Below are positions 27,898-38,882 of a DNA stretch of 58,656 nucleotides, piece after piece. Source of the DNA: Candidatus Zixiibacteriota bacterium (lineage in GTDB: Bacteria > Zixibacteria > MSB-5A5 > GN15 > FEB-12). The DNA lies in assembly GCA_041742355.1 (NCBI GenBank), contig JBGSIV010000191.1, forward strand, positions 1 to 58,656, written 5' to 3'. The notes under the pieces were generated by a model that did no database searches, was not told where the DNA came from, and was given only the letters and a program-made list of their open reading frames with translations. Position 1 is the stretch's first letter. Every line of letters starts with the position of its first letter. A program made the position numbers and the translations under genes.

Positions 27898-30800
27898 ATG
27901 TGCGCACGCCACCTTTCTTCTCGAGGGACTCACTCGCGTCTTCTCTCATTTACAGTCCTTCGTTCTCTAGTCGTTTGTACGATCATTCTACCAACGCTCA
28001 CCTGGACAGCCACCCCCCAATATAGTGGGCAGATGCCCAGCGATATGCCCTCCTCCTCGCCTTTGGGGTCAGGAGGAGGATTCGGTGGCCAGTATCAAGA
28101 CGCGTTTCCAATTGGCAGCATTGCGGTGCCGAACGGCCCTTCGTTTGAGTTGTCGCTGTCGTACTCCAGCGCCGTCGGTTCGGTTGTGAGGGAGCAGAAC
28201 CGTGACGTTCAGGCGTCCTGCGTGGGGCTTGGTTTTGGCTTACCGGAGTGCTACATTGCTTCTGATCACCGGAACACGGTTGATTTACGGGATGACCGCT
28301 ACTATTACATTGGTCCGGAAGGTGTGCTCCAACTGGCGCATGACAATTGGACCTATACTACTCAGAATTTTAGGGTCGTTGGAGACATTAGGTGGAGAGT
28401 CGAACGTGATGTCTATAGCTCCGGGGACATTAAGCGAATTCAGGGATGGACCATCTATAAGGATGACAGCATGGTCTACACCTTTGGCGACCAAGTGGCG
28501 TATGATCAGGGGCCGCTGCCTACAAGAAGCAGCACAGACTATACACTTTCATGGGGCAGCAGCGTTGCGGTCGGACAGACCGCTGGCGATGCATTGTATC
28601 CGTTTCGCTGGCGGCTCGCCAAAATCCAGACGATGGGCGTCAGTTCCAGCGTGCGTTCTGAGTATGAACAGGATACAGCGCAACTGGCGACACTGAATCC
28701 GGGCAATGGCAATGTGTCAGACCACTACTACACCGCATACTCGTATCTGACGCATGCGCACGCCGAGTCAGGTAATGCTCTGGAGCTGGTGTACGGCAAT
28801 CGGGCCGACCTCCAATCGTTCCTGATGCCTACGGAATACCGGACATATGCGACGAAACGGCTAGATTCCGTATATGTCATATCGCCGTTGGAGACAATTC
28901 TGAGTCGGGTAGCATTCTCGTACGACCATCTAGGCAATGTTCTGGAACCTGCGAGTTGCAAACTTCTCCTAATGGGGATTACGCGTGCGAATGCGGTAGG
29001 GGACTCGTCTCTGCCCGGAACAATTTTCGAGTACTACAATACTCCGACCGATGCCAACTACGGCGCGCTTAAGAGCGCGCTATCGCCGGCGGGTGGGCTT
29101 GCTGCCCTCGATTATCAACTGCTTTCGACCGACAGCATCTTGACGCAGCTCAATTACGCGGATACCGGGTACTCACCCAGTATAGGCTATAGGCGCAACT
29201 GGGGAAGCCAAGCGTGGTCCCGCAACATCTTCATCGGCAAGTACCAGGATGCCCGCGGTGCCATGTACAGAACCTTCCAGGTAGGAAGCTGGAACGGCTA
29301 TTGGCATTTTCAAGACTTCCCTGATCTTGTTGATAACTCTTCGGGCAAGGATTGGCCCGGCATGAGCTTCGAAGTGGCTGCTTCCGATGGATGGGGGGTG
29401 CTTCGCAAGCGAGCAGATAACCTCTTCATCGTGCTGGAAAATGCGGGAGGAGTTTGGGTTCGCGATACAATTATCCCCTCTTGGGCATGCAATGACTGGA
29501 CGGCCATCGTTGCTGGAGATCGGTTCTTTATTGCATCGGAGGTATACCCTCCTGATTACACCTCGTGGCGTCCCGATAGCCTCATGTTTCGCCGTGCATA
29601 CTACTACTGCAGGAGCGATACCGGATGGATAGAGCGCCTGATTGTCGATCGGAGCGGAGAGAACCTGCTGTACGGCGGTGTCGGGCTGGGTCTCGACTGC
29701 TTTGGATTGGCTCTCTACACCCGGAGCACGACCCAGACCCGCGGGGCCTTCTACTACGGAAAATTTAACTTCGCCACCGGAGGTTTAGAGGTCGGGTACG
29801 ACAGTGAGTTGGGGAATTGGTACCCCGACCCCAGATGGGCGGTAGGAGACGATTTTGTTGTGTGCGCAAGTCACGAGAACTCCGGGGCCGGCGGCCACTA
29901 TCGGGTTCACCGGTACGTGCCTTCAGTAGGATGGCAACACACCTCTTGGTCAATTCCGGACGATCCCGTCGGCACCTTGGGAGTGGAGTCTATCTCACCA
30001 ATGAGTAACGGCTTCGTGATTTCGTCTCATAAGACGACGGTCGGTCCATTCGGAACACCGCAGTTGCGTGTTTATCACCATTACAAGAACGCTCAAGGCT
30101 GGGAAAGGCAACGCTACGACTACGAGGGAGATGAGTGCAGGGTCTACTCATCGGGCGCAAACACGGTGGCGCTGAAGGTGCTCCAAACCTCTACCTGTTT
30201 CGGCTCGAACAGATATCGGGTATCCGTCGGCCGGTGGAATGGATCGAATATCGGCTTCCAGTTGCTGGCGGAACGGATCTTCGGTTCGGGAAACAAAGAC
30301 GCCTCGCTAAAAGTGTCGGAAGAGATGATCGCTTGGCACGAGCGCAACTCGGGTACAGTGTTTGGTGCCCGGTACTTAGGCTCTGGCCAATGGAGTCAGT
30401 CGGAACAGCTTGTATCCGGTATTCAGGCTCCTTATCTCCAGTTGGCACGCGATAGCAGCACGGAAGAGTCCAAATGTGCAATGCTCGATCTCTCGCGCGA
30501 CGTCTTAGTCGCCGCAGGGGTAAACGCCGCAGACCTCGACGACCCGAAACGGATTCTGATGTACCATGCTTTGGGCAATTGGCATGAGCTCGACATCGAG
30601 CCGCTGACCGCCAACGGGTTCTTTGATCCCTATGTTCCTTACAACTACATGGTTGGGAACTTCTTCGATTCCTACGCACCAGTTGTGTTTCGCGATCGCG
30701 TCGCCCTTATCTCGGGTTGCGTTTCACGGGCCGCATTCCAACTCTATAAAGGAAGTTGGACGGCCAAGCCCTCCATCCCTGTCGTCACCAGGATCACGAG

Positions 30801-33800
30801 AAGCGCCTACCAAGGAGCCCCGGATGCCATTGCCACCGACGTTTCCTACTCCGGTGGGCTTTTCGATCCTCCGTCCGGGAGTGCACGATTCCGCCGTTGC
30901 CGCGTGTCAGCGCCACACTTTCTGTCGGCAACTCCGCAGGCCTACACAATCAGCTACTTCTACAACGATGTCGATACCACCTTCCCGGTTGGTCCGGCAT
31001 ACAACGGTCCGAAGTTTCCTGACCTGGTTGATCTTTACAGGTACGGCATTTCGGGTGGTGGTTTCCTGCTGGATGGGCAGGTGGAGTACAGCTTCGATTC
31101 ATCAGCTACTGATCCCTCGGGGACATGCTTTGATACAACGCGGGTTGACTTCGAAATCAGTCAGTTGTCCGTTCAAGGATACCGCACTTTCAGGACGCGG
31201 ACGCCACACGTACACAACCGTGCTAACTGGGTAGCATTCGAAAGCTACACCGGGTACGATGCTCATGGTCGGCCGGTGTCGCAACGCTCCCGCCTGTACG
31301 ATGATCTTGTCAAAGTGGACAGTACTAAGTATGATTACGACGATGACCTGACATTCTTTAACCGACCATCGCAGCAGATCAGCCTTGTTATCGACAACGA
31401 GCCGAGTGTCCCCGATACCCAGTTTGTCAGCCGTCGAGGCATGGAGTACAGAGCCGACGGGAGGTTGGCGAGGTCGTGGCAATGGGGGGATGCCTCGAGG
31501 TGGTACCTGACCGGAAGTATCGACAGCATCTACAACCAGCTCGTCTACCAGACGTTCGATTCCACCAGTGTGCACACATACGAAGAGGAGGTTCAAGAGG
31601 ATGGCTGGTGCGCCTTCCGGTCGGAGTTGGTCAGCTCAGTTCTAGGGGAGTACTGTGTAATCAAGTTGAACGGGCTGGTAGTTGATTCTCTCTCTTCTAT
31701 TTGGTGCAAGCAGGGGTGGCAACTTCTTACGTCCGAAGGCTCGTTCAATGTCTCGGCAGGCGACGTTATCGTGATTGTGCACAATAACACTCGCCACTAC
31801 CCGGCTGGCTCTGGGAACTACTGCATGACGGTCGGAGATTACCACAAGACGATGGGAATTGATGGGACAGAGGTTATCCAGTTCGACACGTTGGCGGGTC
31901 AGCCAAACCAAGGTTATGATGTGTTCGGCAATCTAGTGGTCTGGACCGGTGCAGGTGGGGATACCGCCGCGGTTAAGTTTAGTGCCGACGGGCGTTTTCA
32001 ACTGGCTACCCTCGCAAACGCTCACCCCAACGAGTGCCTGTTCTTCAATGGCGAGTACGACTTTGACGCGCTCGGTTATGGGCAAGACAACTGGTACAAC
32101 AGCAGCCCCCAATACGGGGCAATCGTGCACGGTTCCGGCTTCTCGGGCAGCGGAGCCTTCGGGTTTCTGCCTGTCCCCGGCAACCAGATGCTCACCAGAG
32201 CGATGAGCCGCGACAGCCTGCTCAGCGACACGTATTGGCTTGATTTCTGGGCCCGCCAGCGCAACGCTACCGGAGGTATCGCCCGGGTGCGGCTCCGCAG
32301 CTATACCCCGAGTACGAACGAGGTATTTGACTCAGTATTGATCTCCCCGGGAGATCAGAACTGGGGGCATATCCGGCATCGGTTCGATACAGCACCGCTG
32401 GGGAACATTGACTCGATCCGGATCGAATTTGTTGCAGTCGATCTTGTCGCTGATTCGCTGCTCCTGGACGACATTCGCGTCTTTCCCAGCGACGCATCCG
32501 TGAGCACGACGGTGTACGACCAGGAGACCGGACTGGTGCTGGCTGCATCGGGTCAGGAGAACCTGCCCGCGAAACACCGGTATGACACTTTCCTGAGGCC
32601 GGTCGCCATCTATGACTTCAAGGACAGGCCCGTCGCTCGAACTCGGTACTATCTTTCTCGTCAGGGGAACAATGGCGTCTACGTTCCCAGCGATCCCAAC
32701 TACACGCGCACCGTGGCCTATTCGGACAATGACTCGACGGTGAGTGTGTCGTACACCGACGGCAGCGGCGCCACTCTTCAGACCCGGACGACCGCGGCTT
32801 ACCGCGGAGCGGCCATGACCGCGGTGTCCGGCGTCAACGAGCGCAATGCGCTCGGCCAGCCCTTTAAGTCCTACCGGTCGTACATTGACTTGGTGGGTGC
32901 GGCTGGTGTCCTAGACTACTCGACGACCCCGGAGGCGGAAGCGGCCTACTTCTTCAATGGGACCAATAACGTAGACTGCTTCTCGACGCCCTACGCAGGG
33001 AGCCGCTATGCGTCCGACAAGACGGCTCGGCTGATCGAGTTCGCGTCGCCAGGTGCAGACTCTCTGGGTTCGCCGTATACTCGTGTCTATGGTCTGACGC
33101 CCTTCGCGGTCGTGTCGGGCGACACAGTGTCCATTTCCAGCACAAGTGATGAAGACGGCGTTGAGTCGCACCAGGTGGCTCATGCTCGTGGCAAATTCGC
33201 CAAGACTGTCTCTCGTTACTATCGGCCCGACCTGTCAGAGGACTCGGTCGTGGCAATGCAGACCCAGAATCTGATCGGGCAAGAGAGCGTGGAAGCAATC
33301 GGATACTCTTCCGGACCGAGCCACACTTGGGTTGAGGCCCCGTTGACCAGAGTGTACACGAATGACCTGGGCCAGGTCGACAGCTCTTGGCAGGTTGACC
33401 GGGGCGTTGTCCGTATGCTCTATGACGTGCATGGCAGAGCACGATTCTCTCAGACGGACAAGCAGGCCGCGCTGGACCGTTTCGCATACTGTAAGTACGA
33501 CCGGTTGGGTCGGTCGGTGGAAGCAGGCGAACTGACTGGAGCGGCTACCTTTTTCACTCAGAGCCATGCCGAGAATGAAACGTTCCCGAGTTCGGCCAGC
33601 AATCCGGAGGTTGCCTATCGCTGGTACTATGACTGGTACGTATCGGGAAGCGATACGATCGTGTCGCCAGGCGCCTTGGTGCGCGTGGAGAGTGGCGACA
33701 GAACGTACTATCAGGAATACTACCGCTACCCGACTGAGCAGTATGACCTGACGGTGACAAGACTACCCATTTCCGGAGGGACTTTGAAAGCGGTCCGGCA

Positions 33801-36363
33801 TGACTATGACCGCGACGGCGCGCTGAAGCGTTTGACTATTATGCCCCACTACCCGGATACTAATGGACTCCTCATATACGAGTACGGCTATGGGCAATCC
33901 GGGGAGCTAGCCTCGGTATCTCGCGGTGTAACTGGGCCCAGCATTGATCACTTGGACTACGCCCGCTATACGTACGATGTCCACGGTGCGCCCGAGAAGA
34001 TCGTGCTCGGCGTCTACGACAGCCCGGAAGCGATTCCGGAGGTACATGACACCCTGCAGAAACTCGATTTCCGCTACGATCCCAAGGGAGCCCTTCTCGG
34101 GATGAACGTGGGCGAGAATCTGGTGCCGTCGGTTGTTCCCTACATGTCGGGCGGTGTAGAGGATGGGTACGACCAGGACCATTTCGCTTACTCGCTGGTA
34201 TATAACGAAGGCTCAGTCTTTTACCATAACGGACGTATTCGCAGAATCAGAAGCCTGAATTCGACCGACGTTGGTCAGCGTGATCACCATTATACCTTGA
34301 CTTACAACGAACTGGGGTATCTAAGTCGGGCCGATCACGTCACCGACCAAGCTTTCAACCGCGACTACTACTACGGTGGACTGGGGAACCGAGACTCGGT
34401 GAAAAACGGTGACGGGTCCATCGTGCGGTATACCTACGACGCCCAACCCGGTTCATCGAAGCTCGTGGCTACATCAGGTGCGGTCACCCACTCGCTCCGA
34501 TACGATGCGGTCGGTAATCTGGTCGCCGATACGGCCGGGCAGATTTACGAAATGCGCTATGATTTCGGCAACCGGCTGATCTTCGCCAAGGTCGCGCCGA
34601 ATCTGGCCGGAGGCACGCAGAACACGCTGGAGTTTGCCTATGATGACGCCGGTCAGCGCATTCGGAAAACCTACCACTTCCAATACCTGGAAGAGTGCGG
34701 TGGAGGAGGCATTGAGGATCTCATTGGCGGTGGTGGGGGGGTTGCTGAGGATGGCGCTTCTGTTACCGGCAGCGACAGCGTCGGCTTTGTGGTGGAGTCA
34801 GGGGGAGCTACGACAGACGGGTCCGGTGGAGGAGAATGGTGCCTTCGAAACGGCACGAGCCATACGTACTACCTGTATGACGGCGGCACGCTACTGGGCA
34901 CTTTCGATGAGCTTGATCGAGAGCTCGACATATACGTTGTGGGCCCGAATGGTACGATAGCCACCTACCGGTTCAATGACAATACCCAGCTCCATTACCA
35001 TCTGACCGACCATCTGGGCTCATCCCGGGCCTTCATGCGGGGGGTTCCCGGAACGACCCCCTTCGTGCGCGAGTACATCAACTACCATCCCTTTGGAGAG
35101 ATTGCCGAGCAGCAGGGGAGTTTCCTCTCGGACGTGCAGTACACCGGTAAACTGCATGACAAACACAGCACCTTTGACTACGACTACTTCGGTGCACGCT
35201 ACTACGATCCACAATTGGGGCGGTTCACGAGTTTGGATGCCGCTCAGCAGACGGCTAGTGGCTACATGTTCGTCGGCAATGACCCCTTTCGAAACGTCGA
35301 TCCAGACGGAAATTTCTTTTGGCAGATTATTCCCTTCGCTTCGATGGCGTACCAATGGTATCAATGGTCGCGGTGTACGGGGCCGGTGCCAACTGGAACC
35401 GACATCCCCGGAGGAACCCGGGACATGCTGGTCGGGATGGCCTCTGTTGCAGCCTCGTCCGTAGGTGGGATAACCGGAGCGGGTATACCGAACCCATACA
35501 AGGGGTGCAACTTAGCATATGGGATGGCTGGCGCCGCAGCCTCCAGTGCGGCAAACACTGCACTATGGAATGTTGCGGGAGGACATCCATGGAACCAGGG
35601 GATTGGTATTAGTGCGGCAGCCGGGGCTGCAATGTATCCCGCTTGGGTCAACAAGTGTGACGCTCGCCAATCGGCAGGATCGTCTGGTACGGAATTCTCT
35701 CTATTGGGGGATTTCCTCCCAACGTGGGGAACAGATAATACCGAACAAGTGCCGGTGCAGGGGCTCCACTTTGAGAATCCCATTGAAGTGAAGTCAATCA
35801 CAGTCATCGGGAAGATCAGAGCATGGTTCTCTTCCACCGTCGAGGGTTTTGCGAATGGCGTAGCCTCCTTTTGGGCTGCATCGTTTGGTGCTGACCCTTC
35901 TGGCAGCACTCCAGTTCTGACTCAGGCTTTTATGGGCTACTCAAACCAAAACTGCTATGACGCCGGATATTGGGGAGGCTACAGCTGGTCCGCGGGTCTC
36001 TCTATGCAAGCAGAGGCACAGATCGGGCTGTTTCAAGCTCCTGGCGCAGGCGGTATGGCAAGAGTGGGGAGTAGCTTGAGCTCTGACGCGGCCGGTTGTG
36101 GCTACATAGGATTTGACAAGGAAGGTGTCATTAGGTATATTGGCCAAACGGGACGGCCCGCTGCGGAACGGTTCGCCGAACACGCCCTTGCTGTGGGAAC
36201 TGGTCGAGAGTTCCTCCGATATCAGCCTGCTTTCTGGAGTGCAAGTTCGAGAGCTCGTCTAGTTTGGGAACAGGCTATGATCGACCGGTGGGGACTCGCC
36301 AAGAATGGCGGGCAGTTGCTCAATAAGATCAACGCGATTGCCCCTAAGAGGCGGCTCTGGTAG
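27898..36363 (+). CDS. RHS-repeat polymorphic toxin, 2821 aa, with a GIY-YIG (URI)-like nuclease tip
   Basis: YD repeats; core TDHLGS..YHPFGE..YTGK..YFGARYYDPQLGRF..DPDG; tip GYI..YIGQT..RFAEH..EQAMI..LLN; hydrophobic N-terminal segment. Confidence 0.92.
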   Translation: MCARHLSSRGTHSRLLSFTVLRSLVVCTIILPTLTWTATPQYSGQMPSDMPSSSPLGSGGGFGGQYQDAFPIGSIAVPNGPSFELSLSYSSAVGSVVREQNRDVQASCVGLGFGLPECYIASDHRNTVDLRDDRYYYIGPEGVLQLAHDNWTYTTQNFRVVGDIRWRVERDVYSSGDIKRIQGWTIYKDDSMVYTFGDQVAYDQGPLPTRSSTDYTLSWGSSVAVGQTAGDALYPFRWRLAKIQTMGVSSSVRSEYEQDTAQLATLNPGNGNVSDHYYTAYSYLTHAHAESGNALELVYGNRADLQSFLMPTEYRTYATKRLDSVYVISPLETILSRVAFSYDHLGNVLEPASCKLLLMGITRANAVGDSSLPGTIFEYYNTPTDANYGALKSALSPAGGLAALDYQLLSTDSILTQLNYADTGYSPSIGYRRNWGSQAWSRNIFIGKYQDARGAMYRTFQVGSWNGYWHFQDFPDLVDNSSGKDWPGMSFEVAASDGWGVLRKRADNLFIVLENAGGVWVRDTIIPSWACNDWTAIVAGDRFFIASEVYPPDYTSWRPDSLMFRRAYYYCRSDTGWIERLIVDRSGENLLYGGVGLGLDCFGLALYTRSTTQTRGAFYYGKFNFATGGLEVGYDSELGNWYPDPRWAVGDDFVVCASHENSGAGGHYRVHRYVPSVGWQHTSWSIPDDPVGTLGVESISPMSNGFVISSHKTTVGPFGTPQLRVYHHYKNAQGWERQRYDYEGDECRVYSSGANTVALKVLQTSTCFGSNRYRVSVGRWNGSNIGFQLLAERIFGSGNKDASLKVSEEMIAWHERNSGTVFGARYLGSGQWSQSEQLVSGIQAPYLQLARDSSTEESKCAMLDLSRDVLVAAGVNAADLDDPKRILMYHALGNWHELDIEPLTANGFFDPYVPYNYMVGNFFDSYAPVVFRDRVALISGCVSRAAFQLYKGSWTAKPSIPVVTRITRSAYQGAPDAIATDVSYSGGLFDPPSGSARFRRCRVSAPHFLSATPQAYTISYFYNDVDTTFPVGPAYNGPKFPDLVDLYRYGISGGGFLLDGQVEYSFDSSATDPSGTCFDTTRVDFEISQLSVQGYRTFRTRTPHVHNRANWVAFESYTGYDAHGRPVSQRSRLYDDLVKVDSTKYDYDDDLTFFNRPSQQISLVIDNEPSVPDTQFVSRRGMEYRADGRLARSWQWGDASRWYLTGSIDSIYNQLVYQTFDSTSVHTYEEEVQEDGWCAFRSELVSSVLGEYCVIKLNGLVVDSLSSIWCKQGWQLLTSEGSFNVSAGDVIVIVHNNTRHYPAGSGNYCMTVGDYHKTMGIDGTEVIQFDTLAGQPNQGYDVFGNLVVWTGAGGDTAAVKFSADGRFQLATLANAHPNECLFFNGEYDFDALGYGQDNWYNSSPQYGAIVHGSGFSGSGAFGFLPVPGNQMLTRAMSRDSLLSDTYWLDFWARQRNATGGIARVRLRSYTPSTNEVFDSVLISPGDQNWGHIRHRFDTAPLGNIDSIRIEFVAVDLVADSLLLDDIRVFPSDASVSTTVYDQETGLVLAASGQENLPAKHRYDTFLRPVAIYDFKDRPVARTRYYLSRQGNNGVYVPSDPNYTRTVAYSDNDSTVSVSYTDGSGATLQTRTTAAYRGAAMTAVSGVNERNALGQPFKSYRSYIDLVGAAGVLDYSTTPEAEAAYFFNGTNNVDCFSTPYAGSRYASDKTARLIEFASPGADSLGSPYTRVYGLTPFAVVSGDTVSISSTSDEDGVESHQVAHARGKFAKTVSRYYRPDLSEDSVVAMQTQNLIGQESVEAIGYSSGPSHTWVEAPLTRVYTNDLGQVDSSWQVDRGVVRMLYDVHGRARFSQTDKQAALDRFAYCKYDRLGRSVEAGELTGAATFFTQSHAENETFPSSASNPEVAYRWYYDWYVSGSDTIVSPGALVRVESGDRTYYQEYYRYPTEQYDLTVTRLPISGGTLKAVRHDYDRDGALKRLTIMPHYPDTNGLLIYEYGYGQSGELASVSRGVTGPSIDHLDYARYTYDVHGAPEKIVLGVYDSPEAIPEVHDTLQKLDFRYDPKGALLGMNVGENLVPSVVPYMSGGVEDGYDQDHFAYSLVYNEGSVFYHNGRIRRIRSLNSTDVGQRDHHYTLTYNELGYLSRADHVTDQAFNRDYYYGGLGNRDSVKNGDGSIVRYTYDAQPGSSKLVATSGAVTHSLRYDAVGNLVADTAGQIYEMRYDFGNRLIFAKVAPNLAGGTQNTLEFAYDDAGQRIRKTYHFQYLEECGGGGIEDLIGGGGGVAEDGASVTGSDSVGFVVESGGATTDGSGGGEWCLRNGTSHTYYLYDGGTLLGTFDELDRELDIYVVGPNGTIATYRFNDNTQLHYHLTDHLGSSRAFMRGVPGTTPFVREYINYHPFGEIAEQQGSFLSDVQYTGKLHDKHSTFDYDYFGARYYDPQLGRFTSLDAAQQTASGYMFVGNDPFRNVDPDGNFFWQIIPFASMAYQWYQWSRCTGPVPTGTDIPGGTRDMLVGMASVAASSVGGITGAGIPNPYKGCNLAYGMAGAAASSAANTALWNVAGGHPWNQGIGISAAAGAAMYPAWVNKCDARQSAGSSGTEFSLLGDFLPTWGTDNTEQVPVQGLHFENPIEVKSITVIGKIRAWFSSTVEGFANGVASFWAASFGADPSGSTPVLTQAFMGYSNQNCYDAGYWGGYSWSAGLSMQAEAQIGLFQAPGAGGMARVGSSLSSDAAGCGYIGFDKEGVIRYIGQTGRPAAERFAEHALAVGTGREFLRYQPAFWSASSRARLVWEQAMIDRWGLAKNGGQLLNKINAIAPKRRLW

Positions 36364-36377
36364 AGGATTATTCAGCA

Positions 36378-36863
36378 ATGGCCAGAATCGTAATCCGACT
36401 CGGTGACGTCTTCGTTGCTCAGTTGAACGGGAATCGAAAGAAGTTCTTTCAATACGTAGGCGACGATCTGTCCATGATGAACAGCCGAGTCATCCGGGTA
36501 TTCAGGGAGGCCTTCCCGCTGGATGTATCTCCGGACCTGGAATTTGTTGTTGGTGGAGACGTTGACTTCTACGCCCATGTAGTGATTCGCTGGGGCCTTC
36601 AGCTGGGTCTCTGGCAGAAAGTGGGCAATGTCAAAGAGATCGGTACAGTAAACGTCGTCTTTCGGGGTAGTCATGACGTCGGCAATCCGGCCATGAAGCG
36701 ATCGCTCAGATGGTATGTGTGGAATATTAATGGACCTTACCAAGAGGTCGGCAAGCTTCCACCAGAACACTTTTCGGCGGAAATCGGAATCGTGGTTTCG
36801 CCAGCCGACATTTTGGACCGAATGCGAACGGGCAGCTATGACTTCTTCTATCCTGGGTATTAA
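36378..36863 (+). CDS. Cognate immunity protein (Imm26-like)
   Basis: Immediately after the RHS stop with an AGGA RBS; LGDVF..KKFFQY..D..NSRVIRVF pattern. Confidence 0.75.
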   Translation: MARIVIRLGDVFVAQLNGNRKKFFQYVGDDLSMMNSRVIRVFREAFPLDVSPDLEFVVGGDVDFYAHVVIRWGLQLGLWQKVGNVKEIGTVNVVFRGSHDVGNPAMKRSLRWYVWNINGPYQEVGKLPPEHFSAEIGIVVSPADILDRMRTGSYDFFYPGY

Positions 36864-37093
36864 TGTTGGCGTCATATAGGAGCGGGAAAAGCATCAGATA
36901 CGATGACGCCTCGTTCAAGATGGGGTTGAGCCCAAGGCTGCTGCGATAAGCAGACTCATTTGACGAGAGCCGATAACCGAGCGGGCCACTCCTTTGCCTT
37001 GTGCTTGGCTATGCTATGGCCCCTAAGGGACATCGACGGCGCGTGCTCAAATTCGATTTTGTTAGCCTGGGATTGCATATTGGAGACAAGGTA

Positions 37094-38656
37094 ATGATAT
37101 CTGGCTATCAAACGCCCATATCGTATCGGTCCCAACGAGAGACGACTCGCGGAAGCCCATTCCGGCGGTTCGTTGATATCTGTTGTGCTGTCGGACACGC
37201 AAGTTTGGTGATTGGAATTTGTGTATTGGCGGAGCCGGCGCGAAGCTCTTCCGACTGGCCCATGTTCCAGTACAACCTGCTCCATACCGGGTACAACGAC
37301 CGGGACAGCATCACCGTGCCGCTGGAGGTCCGGTGGCACATACGGTACCAGTTGGGCTTTCCGCTTGATCAGCTCAGTGTGGTTGGCAACCGCCTCTACA
37401 TGACCAGTGAAGAGACCCACCCTTACCAGGAGCCCGATCCGGTGGTGCGGTGCGTCGACGCGACAACGGGCCGAGGCATATGGCACAGATATTGGCAAGC
37501 ATATGAGTGCGATGAGATCAGCGGGATTGCGTACGATAACGGCAGAGTGTATTTCGAGGTGTTCTACGGGAATCTCAGCACATTCTGGACCTGCAACGCC
37601 GAGAGCGGCGAGCCTCTCTGGGTAGATCTATTTCCAATGCAGTTCGCCGACTACTTCAGCCCAGTGCCCTACAAGGGCCGGGTACTCGGCTTCGGCGGGT
37701 ACTACTGCGGGGTGTTTTCCTGGGACGTAGCGACCGGCCGGAAACAGCACTACTTCGGCCTCAGCCAGGGTATCGATGAATTCACGGTGGCCGTCCATCA
37801 GGATACGATCTACTCGTTCGTGGCCGGCTTGATTCGTGCCCACGACGTGAACACCGGAGAGAAGCTCTGGTCGGTTTCAACGCTAATTCTTAAGGACGCC
37901 GAATCCGGGCTCTCCGGTATGGGTACCGCACCGGTCATCGATACCGTCCGTCACATCCTCTACGCGGTATGGCAGGGACACTTTGACGCTTTGGATCTGA
38001 CCACCCGTACATTTCTCTGGCACCGGCCCGGGAAGTACAACTCACTCGACCGGGCGGTCAATCCGACCATCTATGAGGACAAAGTCATCATCTCCGATTC
38101 AGGCATTGTGAAGGCATACAACTGCTACTCGGGCGAGGAGCAGTGGCGGGTCGCCTGCGATTCGGCGGTTACCTACCACATGGCCGGGGCCAACGGCCTT
38201 ATCTTCGCCAGTTCGGACGGCAAGACCACGGCCATCGATGCCGAGCGGGGGGAGATCGTGTGGGAGTGCGATGTCGGAGGGAATCTCTCAATCGCCAACA
38301 ACTGCCTGTATATTGCGACCATCGATGGCGAAGTATATGTCTACGGCTCCCCACCGACAGACTTCGAGGACCCGGACGAGCCCGCGCTGCCCGAAGGGTA
38401 TGCCCTCTTCCAGAACCAGCCGAACCCGTTCAATCCGAGCACGGAGATCAGCTTCAGTGTACCGGTATCGGGACGGGTACGGATTGAGATAGTCAATAGT
38501 CTGGGGCAGGTGGTGGCAATGGTAGCGGATAGGAGGTTCAGCGTCGGGACGCATATGGTGAACTGGGATGGGAGCGGGTGTGCCTCCGGAGTATACCTCT
38601 GCCGTATGACGGCGGGGACGTTTATCGAAACCAAGAAGATGGTGCTGGTGATGTAG
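37094..38656 (+). CDS. Secreted PQQ-like beta-propeller protein with a C-terminal sorting-type Ig domain
   Basis: DWPMFQYNLLHTG, repeated D..TG..W blades, LFQNQPNPFNPSTEI..WDG..ASGVY..KKMVL; start uncertain (37001-37094). Confidence 0.85.
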   Translation: MISGYQTPISYRSQRETTRGSPFRRFVDICCAVGHASLVIGICVLAEPARSSSDWPMFQYNLLHTGYNDRDSITVPLEVRWHIRYQLGFPLDQLSVVGNRLYMTSEETHPYQEPDPVVRCVDATTGRGIWHRYWQAYECDEISGIAYDNGRVYFEVFYGNLSTFWTCNAESGEPLWVDLFPMQFADYFSPVPYKGRVLGFGGYYCGVFSWDVATGRKQHYFGLSQGIDEFTVAVHQDTIYSFVAGLIRAHDVNTGEKLWSVSTLILKDAESGLSGMGTAPVIDTVRHILYAVWQGHFDALDLTTRTFLWHRPGKYNSLDRAVNPTIYEDKVIISDSGIVKAYNCYSGEEQWRVACDSAVTYHMAGANGLIFASSDGKTTAIDAERGEIVWECDVGGNLSIANNCLYIATIDGEVYVYGSPPTDFEDPDEPALPEGYALFQNQPNPFNPSTEISFSVPVSGRVRIEIVNSLGQVVAMVADRRFSVGTHMVNWDGSGCASGVYLCRMTAGTFIETKKMVLVM

Positions 38657-38744
38657 GGGGCTATCGAAGCGCAGCTGACTCCCTCCGGTCCGAGCAGTTG
38701 TGACCATGAAGCGCGGTGTGATTGCCGCTGCGAAACGGTGTTCT

Positions 38745-38866
38745 TTCTAACAGTTTTCTAACGACCCAGGCCAAAACACCCCAAAATAGTGGACAACACC
38801 GGACAACGATCACTGCCGTAAGTATTTGCTGTTACTACAGGATACTGCCCGGTGTTGTCTGGTGTT
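38745..38866. repeat. Arm-like direct and inverted repeats next to the right att
   Basis: TTCTAAC twice (38745, 38756); GACAACACCGG (38792-38802) inverted at 38849-38859. Confidence 0.6.
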
Positions 38867-38882
38867 AGGTGCTCGGACTCGA

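Noticed and set aside
27602-28025. ORFs upstream of the RHS gene
   Set aside because: No motifs or RBS; region looks like promoter/leader sequence (TTGACA at 27735)
36861-36910. Integron attC-like site after the immunity gene
   Set aside because: Only an 8-bp inverted repeat (GGCGTCAT/ATGACGCC); no proper R/L box pairing and no integron integrase
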